Assembly (NCBI RefSeq): GCF_964204645.1
Contig: NC_134033.1
Location: 10,982,655-11,046,654 of the forward strand
Direction of reading: 5' to 3'
DNA: 64,000 nucleotides
Source: Tubulanus polymorphus
Lineage: Eukaryota > Animalia > Nemertea
The notes below the pieces were generated by a model. It was not told where the DNA came from and ran no database searches. It saw only the letters and a program-made list of their open reading frames with translations. Shown one piece after another: positions 53,804-64,000 of the stretch; position 1 is the stretch's first letter, and each line of letters opens with the position of its first letter. The position numbers and the translations under genes are program-made.

Positions 53804-55102
53804 GTAAGTAGGATACATACAAATATTTACATTTTTTCCGCGACTGGATAAAAGGTGTTGGTGCTAGACGGTTTGACAGGTGCGACATAGATCGTTTTAC
53901 AATCTGTCTGGGACTGTAGACGTTTTAGATGGTGTCAAATAGGAGTAATTATTTGATTACTCCCAAGATAAGAGTTATGATACAATTCCGTAGACTCTGA
54001 AAGGAATTTAGAGTCCATGGTTATGCTGGTTTAAGGCACGTAAAGATAATATTATGAACATGTGAAAAATGCCACGTAAAACATTGTTTGTTGATCATTT
54101 CTTCGTGGAACAGAAAACTCCCGACTGAGACACATTCATTATACTGTAAACGCTCTTGTTTTCTTTGCTCCAATGACAATATGCATAACCTTTCCTTCCG
54201 TCGGGTACCATTTCATAATGGAGTGTACTTTTTTGAAAGTTTAAGAAGTCGCTACATACTGCAACAACTAGTAAATATCCCTAACTAAAATTTATGAATA
54301 TTTTTACATCACAAGACCCAAACATCTTGAGGAAGCTAGCAGTATTTATAAAAAGGTAAATAGCCTCATCTAGCCATCGCTGTGCACATCACGTGTATAA
54401 TGATGCGTACAGAAGAAGAAACTGTCACTGTATGTTATAAATGTAACTGGAGTAACCGTAATTTTATAGCTGTAAATTGTTTTTTTTTTGTATCCTGTGC
54501 TCGAAAAAATTGATTTCTGGAGCAATAAATTAAATCTGAATCTGAATCTGAATCTTTGTGAATAAATTCTACTGCTCGCTTTAAACTCGCTCGATTGCCT
54601 TCTCGACAATAGAAGTGTCCATAATTAGCAACGTCGTTAATCTGGCTGACGCGTGACTAATCGCTTTTACGTTGGTCGAATTTAGTTAATTTTTACCTCG
54701 ATCTATTTTCCAGGCTATGAAATCCAAATTGTCTAATTTATGACTCTATCAAAAGATTGACTTTTCGATGTTATTTTGCCGTTGTTTCATCCACAGTTGA
54801 ATTATGAAGAGTCGTTAATATTTGAAGTATCTGAAGCGCTGATAACCGATGAGTAACCGCTTACATACAGACACCTCGTAGAAGAAACCACTGAGACCTC
54901 AAATGAATCTCCAGACCCAATAGGTTACATTTGTGGAATCTTATGGCTTGTTGTTCGATTTCTTGTCATTCTTGTGGAAGGATTAGAGTCATATCAAACC
55001 CAGGGGAGCTCTGTTGTGTCGAGAATCATATTTAAAAACCAAACACCGAGTAAATCATTTATAATCAGGCATTTTATCAAGTGTGTATATATATATTTTC
55101 AG

Positions 55103-55154
55103 GGTGCACATTGAGAAACAAAATGAACACAAGGGATTTTTAGAATTTTGTTCG
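55103..55154 (+). CDS. Plakin-like exon VHIEKQNEHKGFLEFCS (phase 2 to 0)
   Basis: ttttcag|G and TCG|gtaagt; 52 nt. Confidence 0.75.
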
Positions 55155-55441
55155 GTAAGTGTAAATAATCTCATCTTTCTATCGTAATCACAAAATACAT
55201 ATGTGATCTTTTCGATTTAAGTTAGATTTCATCCGATTTTGACCAGAAAACTTTGAAATTATGTATTTCCAAATGTAGATCTTTGGTCTTTTCGTCCTAG
55301 AATTTAGATACTAACTACGATAATCTAAAATACTACATCGTTTCTGTTTAGGCTGTGAGGACCGGGACTTTTTTCTATGTAAATATGACAAATGAAAGAG
55401 GAATTGCACACGGGATTTTTTTTCTAATTATTTTCATACAG

Positions 55442-55525
55442 GACTGGGTGGTAAAGACGTACCGCAACGCTTTGAAGCCACAGGATTCTTACGAGGATTA
55501 TGGTGGAAAACGCAAAATCAAGTCG
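55442..55525 (+). CDS. Plakin-like exon DWVVKTYRNALKPQDSYEDYGGKRKIKS
   Basis: catacag|GAC and TCG|gtaaga; 84 nt. Confidence 0.8.
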
Positions 55526-55747
55526 GTAAGAATTTACAGTCGAAACGCACGGTCGGGATAAACAAACTTTACTGCAATCGTTGTCAAGAATCACATTGAA
55601 ATAACTGACTGATTCGTGTCACTCTTTCTTTCATTCCGCTTCATGCGCAATTTTTTTAATTCGTTTAATCACGGACTCTTAAAACGAAGAGAGTTCATCG
55701 TTTTAGAGTCCGTGGTTTAGTATATTTGTTTGGTTGTAACATAAAGT

Positions 55748-55835
55748 CCATCCTCCCTCGACAGGGATTCGAACTTCTCGCCACAGTATGAAAACCTGCC
55801 ACACAGACCGGCTGCGCGGCTTAGATCATCAGCTT
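55748..55835 (-). mobile_element. tRNA-derived SINE-like fragment
   Basis: B-box-like GTTCGAATCC on the - strand, no complete cloverleaf. Confidence 0.45.
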
Positions 55836-56722
55836 GAGCTTGGAGTAATCAGACTGTACTCCAAGGTTAGAGGGACTGGATTGAGATTGCGCGACAGAGG
55901 TTCAAAAATCTCGCAAATTAGATAAAAACATTTATATTCATAAAAAGATAGCAACAAACATTGACGTGGGGACAAGTCAATCGCAGTTTATATTCATTAT
56001 AATGAGTACAGCTGCAGACCTACCCTCTCTATCCAGGGTATATTCGATGTGTTTTATTCGATCGAATATGAATGCTATAAATTCATAGATATCAATAATT
56101 TACATATATTCACATTCACTCAAGAGGTATTTATTTATCCGGCAGTCAATCGATTGACTGGCTTCATCACGTGTCCCGAACAATATATCACAAATACTCT
56201 TACTCTATTTCATCCGCTCCGACGTCACCTAACCCTAAACCCGTAGAGACTTTTTGGTCCGCGAGATACGAGACAAGCGGAGTCTGCTGTATGTGGTTTT
56301 GATATAACGCGACCAGTTTCTAAAACCCAACTAGTCGTATATTGTGCATTTGAAATAGTTCTTTTCACTGTATCATGATCAGAACAAGTTACAGAAAAAT
56401 CAAATTCATTGACTATTAAAATGGAATGGTAATCATTGCGACCGACACACTCCAGAATGTTCATGTCTTTTTCACAATTTCTCGCACGCCATTTTTGTTT
56501 TCCGCCAAAAAGATGCACAATCTGTGTTTATCGGGATGCTTTCGTTTTCGTTTTCTACACAGCATTGTCACTACAGGGAGGCGAAATCGAGCCCCACAAA
56601 ATGACTGGTATTTGATTACATTACCAGTCATTAGTATAAGTCAGGGCTCCAACTGACACCACCCTAACACCGCTTTAGCTACTATTGCTCTGTCATATGT
56701 TGTATCATTTTCTATATCTTAG

Positions 56723-56740
56723 GGATTTTCCGGCGATCAG
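56723..56740 (+). CDS. 18-nt microexon GFSGDQ
   Basis: ttttctatatcttag|GGA...CAG|gtaaga; phase 0-0. Confidence 0.65.
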
Positions 56741-57327
56741 GTAAGAATTGTAACATCAAATTACTTGATGAAAAATCTATAGTCATTTCTGTCCGTAGTT
56801 TCAATTTCAATACGGGTTCTCTTCCAATAACGCGTGACATAATTTTTACCTTCAATCTAACTCCAGTTTATAGCCGTAGTTACGATGAAATGGCTCATAA
56901 TTTGGCAAATCTATAGTGGCTGATTCGGGCCACGTGAATATATTGCTTCATTGTCATCTACAAGAACGGCTAGAATTATAGTTTAAGCTTGTTATTGCGC
57001 CGCGAGATATGTTTTAATTCGTTCTAAAGGAGGATGATGTAGAAGAAATATATTCACGATGCTCGAATCAGCCACAGTTATCGATACATTACCCACAATT
57101 CCATAGCTGTTGGTTTTACGAAGAATGAATTGAAATTGAAAATAACGGTTTTAAGAATGAAATTTGCACTTTTTGCACTTATATAGGAGCACCTCGTTTT
57201 CGAGCGTCAGATTTTTTTTGTGTGATTTCGCTTCGGTTGAGTGAACATTATACAACAGTACAATCAATATATACGTATATATTAGTTTAACTGTTTTACG
57301 TAAGAAATATATGTCTAGTCTGTGTCC

Positions 57328-57413
<86 letters not shown>

Positions 57414-58075
57414 TATTCCTATTCATTCTTATACTTAAACAATTTCTATTTCATAACATGTTATGTTAAACGTTTCTAGTCTACATAGATTAACTTGTAT
57501 ACAAGTAAATACTGAACGTAAACCTCGCATGTTCTTTATTCACAACTTTTAAATTACCCGTGAAGTATGTTTATATTTAGTAATTAATATATATGATGCA
57601 TATATACTTATTTATATATATTCCATGTAAAAATTCTCGCATGTTTCCATTGACATTCAAATCAAGGTATAACAAATACCGGTCTAAAAAGATATTAGTT
57701 TTAATGTCAAATTCCTTTTAAAAAATCCTTCAATGCAATACTAATTGACAGCGTCCTACCGCAGTAAATCATGTAAAAATACCAGAATTCTGGAATTAAA
57801 GTTCACTAAGTGTTTGGTTACAATCAAAAGGGAACTTTCCTCAGGGCTGGATGGGCCGCGTATAGAACACAAAAAGTCTTTTCATAAAGATATCCTCAAA
57901 TAGACCCCTCAAATCATACATGACTTAAAATTTGAAATTCCTAGTAATAGGCCTTGTACATATTCTTGTAATTAGAGAATAAGGCACAGGGTACAACTAT
58001 CAGTGACTTACTAGTGTCGACCACACCTGACTGGTCACCACACTGACCAGGCATACTCACAAACTCGGTCAGTCA

Positions 58076-58205
58076 CCGGTCCTCAGTTGTCAAGTGGTTA
58101 GGGTGCTCGGCTGACATGCTGTAGGTCGCAGGTTATAGTCCTGCTAGGGCTAGGGTTACGGGTAAGCTCGGATTAGAGTTACGGGTATGTTAGGGCTGAG
58201 GTTGG
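58076..58205 (+). mobile_element. tRNA-derived SINE-like head followed by (tagggt/tacgggt)-like tail
   Basis: caagtggttagggtgctcggctg...gtcgcaggtt.tagtcctg resembles degenerate tRNA A/B boxes. Confidence 0.45.
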
Positions 58206-58383
58206 GGCTAATTTTTGGGCCAGCGAGGTCTTTATGATAATCACCTCTATGGTTATTTTTTCAACAATAGATTTTACCATTAAACTTGTATATTTTGAAC
58301 ACAAATCTTTTCTTTATCCAGTAAAGGTCAACCTCACAAACATAAATGCTAACTCTTCGTTTAATCCATTCTATTTATCGTAG

Positions 58384-58479
58384 ATTTCGCGACACGATTT
58401 TGACCTGAAGGCTGAACAGGTTCGCAAACTGATGCAATGCTGTCAGATACATCAAGCAAATCTCAAAAACTACTACCAG
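58384..58479 (+). CDS. Plakin-like exon ISRHDFDLKAEQVRKLMQCCQIHQANLKNYYQ (spectrin-repeat helix)
   Basis: tcgtag|ATT and CAG|gtatga; 96 nt; resembles the plakin-domain CC..H....Y.QFF motif. Confidence 0.85.
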
Positions 58480-58654
58480 GTATGACCGTTATTTATACCA
58501 CAACTGCGGGAACATTCCTAGACATTTTCAAAACACGAAATTTGAAATTTGCCTATTATAAGATCAGACAAATTAATTCATTTTCGACTGGAACAAATAC
58601 AGGAATATTGAATTATGTTACATAAAACCTTACGAAAATTGTATACGTTTGTAG

Positions 58655-58771
58655 TTTTTCAAGTTGTTTAATGACTGTGACCAGTACGGATCTGAGGTGG
58701 CGTCTTTTGTCGACAAAATCGTGCAAACTGATGATAAAAGATATCGAATGCGCTTCAAGACCACGTGCAAT
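58655..58771 (+). CDS. Plakin-like exon FFKLFNDCDQYGSEVASFVDKIVQTDDKRYRMRFKTTCN
   Basis: tttgtag|TTT and AAT|gtaagt; 117 nt. Confidence 0.85.
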
Positions 58772-60044
58772 GTAAGTCACCACGATTTCATTTAATCAAA
58801 TAATAATATTCATAAATTCACTTTATATCAGGGTTATCTGCTGCGACAATAATTTTCTTTTTTTCATTTCAATAACTATTTCTATTTGTCAGGCAGAAAA
58901 CCCGTTATCGAATAGCAGACGATATCGGAATTAGAATTCACTCGAATCTAGAGAGCTGGAATAGGTTTTTGTTTTAGAGTTCTCGGGTCTAATTTCAACA
59001 CTCTATCCTGCTATTACCAAACCAAGCAGTCTAGTATTGCTATAACTAATAGTGATTGTGGAATTTTTATAAATCCGATATAATATCAGTAATACAATAT
59101 TTTCACTTACTATATCTATTGTCGCACCTGCTGATACAGTTGCGGCTGTGTACCCGTATATACTGATACTGGTGCCTTGATTGAACATATGCCCAACATT
59201 GATATTCTATCATAATATCTATCTCTACGGTAACAGGTTCACACAACCACGTCGGGCTCTAATTCGCTTAGAACGTGAATTAGGCCGAATTTAGCTTCAT
59301 CGAGATTAACACGCTGTTTAAAAGTCATCGGTCATTCTGTAGAACCCGGGTACATGTACAAACACAATCGTTTGAAATATAGCCCACAAAACCCGAGGTC
59401 TTAGAGTTTCTTGATGGGTTGCAGATATGCACCGCAGACGATCGCATTAAGCTAGGAAACGATGGTAGAATAACTCTCTAAATTTCAAACCACTCTAGTT
59501 TTAAAACTATCAACATTCCATGATAGATTAGAGAATTTGTAACGTAGAATGTTTTTACGCAGTAGATATATATCTCAAATCGTGCAACTCTAAACATATG
59601 TTACCGTGCTGTTTTACTACGCGAATTGAACCCGTCAAAAACCCCTTATTGGTAACAGCGGTCGCTTGCAATGGGTTCCATAGGAATAATTGTTCTAAAC
59701 TATTGCGTTTTATCTATTAAATTGTAAATGAACTGAATAATTCAATATACGTGAACACTGTGATCGATAAGTTGTTCACTACACATTCAGTGGAAAATTG
59801 TTTTTCCTATAAATCAGCAGAGTTTTTGCAAATAACCGTACGAAAAATGTTGTTAATAACTACGGTTCGCTTTACCGAATTTAAGGTTTCCTCGGGGAAG
59901 ATCTTCACCCAACCAATAGTAATAGTATGACTAACACAACTGGTACTCTTTGGTAGATTATAGGTATTTCACGGTATATGTAGGCTACATAAATGTTGTC
60001 TAAAAATTATAACGCGTCTCCGTTTGTTCTTGTTTTTAACACAG

Positions 60045-60191
60045 GCATTGGTGGATAACTTTTTGAACTGGTCAAATAAAGTGAAAACATTGAAGAAGGA
60101 GGCAGAGAATTCTGTACCCGTCAAAAAGCGAATTCTCCAACAGTATGGTCTCATCCAGTGCAAGGCTTTATGTTCGTTCGATATTGAAGGG
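60045..60191 (+). CDS. Plakin-like exon ALVDNFLNWSNKVKTLKKEAENSVPVKKR...CKALCSFDIEG (entry into plakin SH3)
   Basis: acacag|GCA and GGG|gtaagg; 147 nt; A..xVPxKxR...KALCxF/Y is the plakin SR5-SH3 signature. Confidence 0.9.
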
Positions 60192-61101
60192 GTAAGGACG
60201 TCATCTATTCGGCAATTAGGTGAAAGCTGTAACTTCAACATATATTGAAAGATTGGCGAGACCTGCAGTTCTACAGTCAAATACATTTAACATATCAGTT
60301 TGTAGTGTTAATTCTTTCAGATGAGGTGAGATGAGTCTGATCTCAGATGCCAATACGCAAAAAGTTATCTATCTCTATAGGCATTGTGTCATAACCGTAG
60401 ATCTTGTTTCGTCACAGTAGATTTTAAGGGGGATTTCATCTAAAAGTTCATATGGATGACCTGCTGGTGAACTTCCGAGGCGACCTATACGAGAGGTCAT
60501 CAGATTTTCAAATTATTCTCGAAATATATCATTCTATGTAAACGGGCGGTTCGCGACATGCCGCAAACAGTATTATTATATTCCATACGTATATCAGCCA
60601 TTGAATAAGGGTACGCTTTTTAAGCATGCAGATATATATAAATAGACTCATCACATTTCACTTTTAATGGCTCATGTGGAACATTATAACAAATAAAACA
60701 AGAGTAGGTGAAACATTTTAATAGCTACCGCAATAAAGTTAATTATACCCGAGTATGAAATCGAACGTTTTATTCCCTAGCGAGAAATAAAAACAGAAAT
60801 GGCAAAAAATGGAAGCACATATTTGCATTCAACGGTGGGCAAATAAAACTAGCATAGTGCCTACATAAAAGCGTTATAACACCCGCGTTACGAACCTTTA
60901 AGGGAAATAATTACCGCTGTATTGAAGAACACGTTTTCAAATAGATAATAGAGCCGTTCAGATATACATTTAAAAAAAACATTATTTCATACCTCCCCGT
61001 ACAGAAATGTATTTAAAAAGGCCATTTTTTTCTACTCGACAAAGCCATGTATGAATGAATGCTTATATTTATAAATATACCGTAACCTAACCCCTACTGA
61101 G

Positions 61102-61293
61102 TGCGTTCACACAGCGTGATGGTACTTTTTAATGGACTTTAGAAAATAGAATGATAATATTTGATTTGGATGTTCTATAATATTTTCTGACATGGGGTGA
61201 ACGTTTTCGTTTGTTTTTTTTTTAAAGTTTTACATAATATAAGCGAATTGACCTGTTCAAACTTGAAGTACCATCATGCGGTTTGTGAACGCG
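61102..61293. mobile_element. MITE-like inverted repeat (gcgttcaca..gatggtactt / aagtaccatc..tgtgaacgc)
   Basis: ~25-bp imperfect TIRs. Confidence 0.6.
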
Positions 61294-61469
61294 TTTTTTG
61301 CGTTTTAAATAGTTTTTCTATGTTAAACATTTTGAGGTAGTGAAAGCATAGATGTTTTAACCTTAATTATCAACATTTTCGGAATAATCACTTGTATTCG
61401 GCTTTTGAAAGTAGTTTAAGATTTCGCTGGGTGCATATTTCATTGAATTTTCATTCGATTTCATTACAG

Positions 61470-61532
61470 GTGGAAATCGAAGAGAACGAGAAAGTTGTCC
61501 TGTTAGATAACTCTGATTTCTACATCTGGAAG
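61470..61532 (+). CDS. Plakin-like SH3 exon VEIEENEKVVLLDNSDFYIWK
   Basis: ttacag|GTG and AAG|gtaaaa; 63 nt; LxDNS...WK motif. Confidence 0.9.
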
Positions 61533-61844
61533 GTAAAATTTAATCGATAAGATCGATACATATTTCATTATCGAAATCCATCGGAAAAATTAGCACAATC
61601 TCTATTTATGTAAATCTTATGTTATTCTAATTCAAAACGCTAGTCTAAGCTCTATAAGCTAGCCACAAACCAAGTAGTTTGATTATAATCTATAATTGAA
61701 CTTCGAAATATATATTTCCAATGAAACTTGATAATTAGAAGTAACCAAACGTACACACGTGTGTTTATAAGAAGAAGGATTAGATCACTCAAATACTAAT
61801 TTCCTGTTGATTGATTTCATAAAATAACAGAATATTCGTTTCAG

Positions 61845-61936
61845 GTTAAAACTCGAGGAAACGTTGAGTTGAAAGTACCGTCAATTTTCCTAGGGATCCA
61901 CGGCGCCGACAACGTGCTTCTTAAACGAGCGAGCAA
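61845..61936 (+). CDS. Plakin-like SH3 exon VKTRGNVELKVPSIFLGIHGADNVLLKRAS(K)
   Basis: tttcag|GTT and AA|gtacgt; 92 nt; VPS(V/I)xF/L motif. Confidence 0.88.
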
Positions 61937-62080
61937 GTACGTAATGCTTAGTAACTTAAATAGGGTTTCTATAAATATGCGGTGTGTTTTGGTATCGGAT
62001 ATTGACGCCGATAAATGGAGAGGTTTTACGTCAATGAGGCAGCGGAAACGCTACTGCGGCAAGCGAGAGGATTCAGCGAT

Positions 62081-62189
62081 GACTCAGTTCCACAGTTGAG
62101 AGTTAAGATTTAATCCAGAGCCAACCCCATTGAAAATGAACTGATCCTAACTCAGAGTTAACTCTAACTCACAACTGTGGAACTGAACC
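62081..62189. mobile_element. ~110-bp palindromic MITE family copy
   Basis: cagttccacagttgagagtta...taactcacaactgtggaactg. Confidence 0.8.
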
Positions 62190-62451
62190 AGGTGTCGCTA
62201 GTGGTTACTCGGTAACCACGCTTCAATTTCCTTATACATTTCAATCAAATTCGAGTGAAATTTCCCACTAAGTATAAAATCGATCTGATGTTAAAAAAAA
62301 GTGGTCAAATATTTTCAAATATAGTATTTCTTGTACAATTATCATGTACTCATTTTGGATTTAATTTCTATTCTCTCAAGGATAATACTATAGATTTTAG
62401 CGTGCCAACAAATGTAGAAACAAATTTGAATATTATCTTATTTCGTGACAG

Positions 62452-62673
62452 ATTGGAAGAAGAAATTCTCGCGTCGAGGAAGAAGTTAACGAACTATTTA
62501 GAAAGCGGAGACGGATACGACTCGGTAATCGATGATCTTTACGAGGCGACTAACTTCTCGCAGACAACATCCGCGCTGATCGAAACTGCCAATAACAAGA
62601 GAAAACCACGCGCCGTCGATTTGCAGCTCGAGGAAAGGAAGAACTCCGGTAAAACTAGACACTTCATGCGTAG
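62452..62673 (+). CDS. Plakin-like exon LEEEILASRKKL...KTRHFMR(R)
   Basis: gtgacag|A and AG|gtgagt; 222 nt, phase 2-2. Confidence 0.85.
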
Positions 62674-62968
62674 GTGAGTAAGAGACTTCGCGTTGAGAAT
62701 ATTCAAGCAGTAATAATTTCTGAGAGAGTGGTATTTCACTGATAGCAATGATTGTAGTGGATTGAGACTTATTTGAGCAGTATACCCCCCCCCCCCCCCC
62801 ACAGTCACAGTCACAGTGGGCGGCGACGTCTGAACAAACATGTTTTGGGAACATGGGGAAAGTCTGTCGGGGAGGGGGGAGGTTTACAGATGATGCAGGT
62901 TGATAGCTGCATACGTTATCTAACATTTTTAAAATTTTCAAACTCCATTCCTTCTTACCTCATTTTAG

Positions 62969-63278
62969 GTGCGTAGAATTGAAAACTCGATTCACCGATG
63001 AGTTGGTAGAAGAGGAGATATCACACATGGCACCGGAACTGTCTCAGTTCTCCGGCCAGCAGATTCAAATGTTCGTCATAACGGCCGTCGTCGATACGTC
63101 CGACTTCAGCGAGATATCGCTGGCTGAGGCGAAATCTCGCGGTATCGTCAACCAGAAAGCCGGCACGTTTTATAACGCCGAGAACGGCGAATCGATTTCG
63201 ATACAGGAGGCCATGTCACTCGGTTACATCGTGGTCGAACGAACAGTCGTGAAAAAAGAACGCGAAACCGAACGTAAA
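62969..63278 (+). CDS. Plakin-like exon with plectin repeat(s) FVITAVVDTSDFSEISLAEAKSRGIVNQKAGTFYNAENGESISIQEAMSLGYI; read-through stop at 63317
   Basis: cattttag|G; ISLxEAxxRGIV and GExISIxEAMxxGxI are plectin-repeat patterns; candidate donor AAA|gttcgt. Confidence 0.85.
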
Positions 63279-63360
63279 GTTCGTGCCGGAAGTCAAGAAG
63301 ATTTATTGACCCACTGAGTTTTTACTACAAGAAAGAGAAAATGGATTGATTTTTCTACAG

Positions 63361-63390
63361 ATCGTGAGCCCACCCCATTTCTGTGTATGA
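63361..63390 (+). CDS. Candidate terminal exon IVSPPHFCV*
   Basis: tttttctacag|ATC, phase 0, 82-nt intron, TGA 63388-63390. Confidence 0.5.
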   Translation: MVSPPHFCV

Positions 63391-64000
63391 TGCCTTAATA
63401 GTCTAAAGCTTTCGCGAATCCCACGACTCGTGTTCCACCAAAATTACTACAAATATGCGCAATTTTAAACCACCTATCGTTACATCGTTTGAAAATGCGC
63501 CATCTAACGTGAGAAAATGTAAATTCTATATATAAATCATCATGGGGCTATATGCATGCATTTCACCAATTATAACCATTATACTGATTAGGGCCCATTA
63601 TATAAACTGTAAATATATTGCTGCATATGCTTGAAAATCATCATCAAAGTATTAAAAACGTTATGTATCAGACAATACGAATACTATATGGAAAATCCGC
63701 TTTTTACGCTTCGATACATCGCAATGGGATACCGGCACTCACCAGATGGCACCACAAAATACTGGGTCATTCGTAGTGAAAATCAGTGAATTTTCGATGA
63801 AATTTGAACTTAATTTTTAGGCTTCTAAATTCCGAATATTGTCAGAAAAGTCATCGGATAGAAGCGCGGTACCCCAGTGCCACAAGAGATCCTGGCGGAA
63901 TCCTCGCTTGCCACAGTCGGTACCCCATTTTGTATATAATGATATAATAATGATATCTATGGCTGCAAGTAGTCGTGTAATGTATATTCTGAGAAGTCGT

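Noticed and set aside
53663-53851. ORF MVAKHGG from the track
   Set aside because: Wrong phase at the gtaagt donor; the overlapping MEVFII frame fits the next exon

Overview
AT-rich, intron-rich animal genomic DNA, probably from a spiralian/lophotrochozoan invertebrate (inferred from protein style; species not identifiable). Almost all ORFs in the supplied track are spurious; the real genes were reconstructed by hand from GT-AG splice sites and exon phases. (1) About 1-44 kb, + strand: the 3' part of a muscleblind (mbl/MBNL) gene; ZnF1-2 are presumably upstream of the window. It has the vertebrate-type ZnF3-4 pair (9646-9882), an MBNL1-exon-5-like NLS cassette (19068-19133) and a dual-frame exon (32939-33023). 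That exon reads either FTGHHPGVPRF* or a further CCCH finger pair, depending on inclusion of a 116-nt frame-switch cassette (30084-30199). Both cassettes sit behind long AG-free, YGCY-rich zones, suggesting a multi-layer splicing autoregulation circuit. A putative ~10-kb 3' UTR follows. (2) About 47-63.4 kb, + strand: a compact plakin-like gene (~450-510 aa; spectrin-repeat/SH3 plakin fragment plus plectin repeat). It has two alternative first exons, one encoding a transmembrane anchor, and an 18-nt microexon. Introns and intergenic DNA carry several MITE families, SINE-like fragments, minisatellites (including a 34-bp palindromic array) and microsatellites. No CRISPR, rRNA or bona fide tRNA was found.
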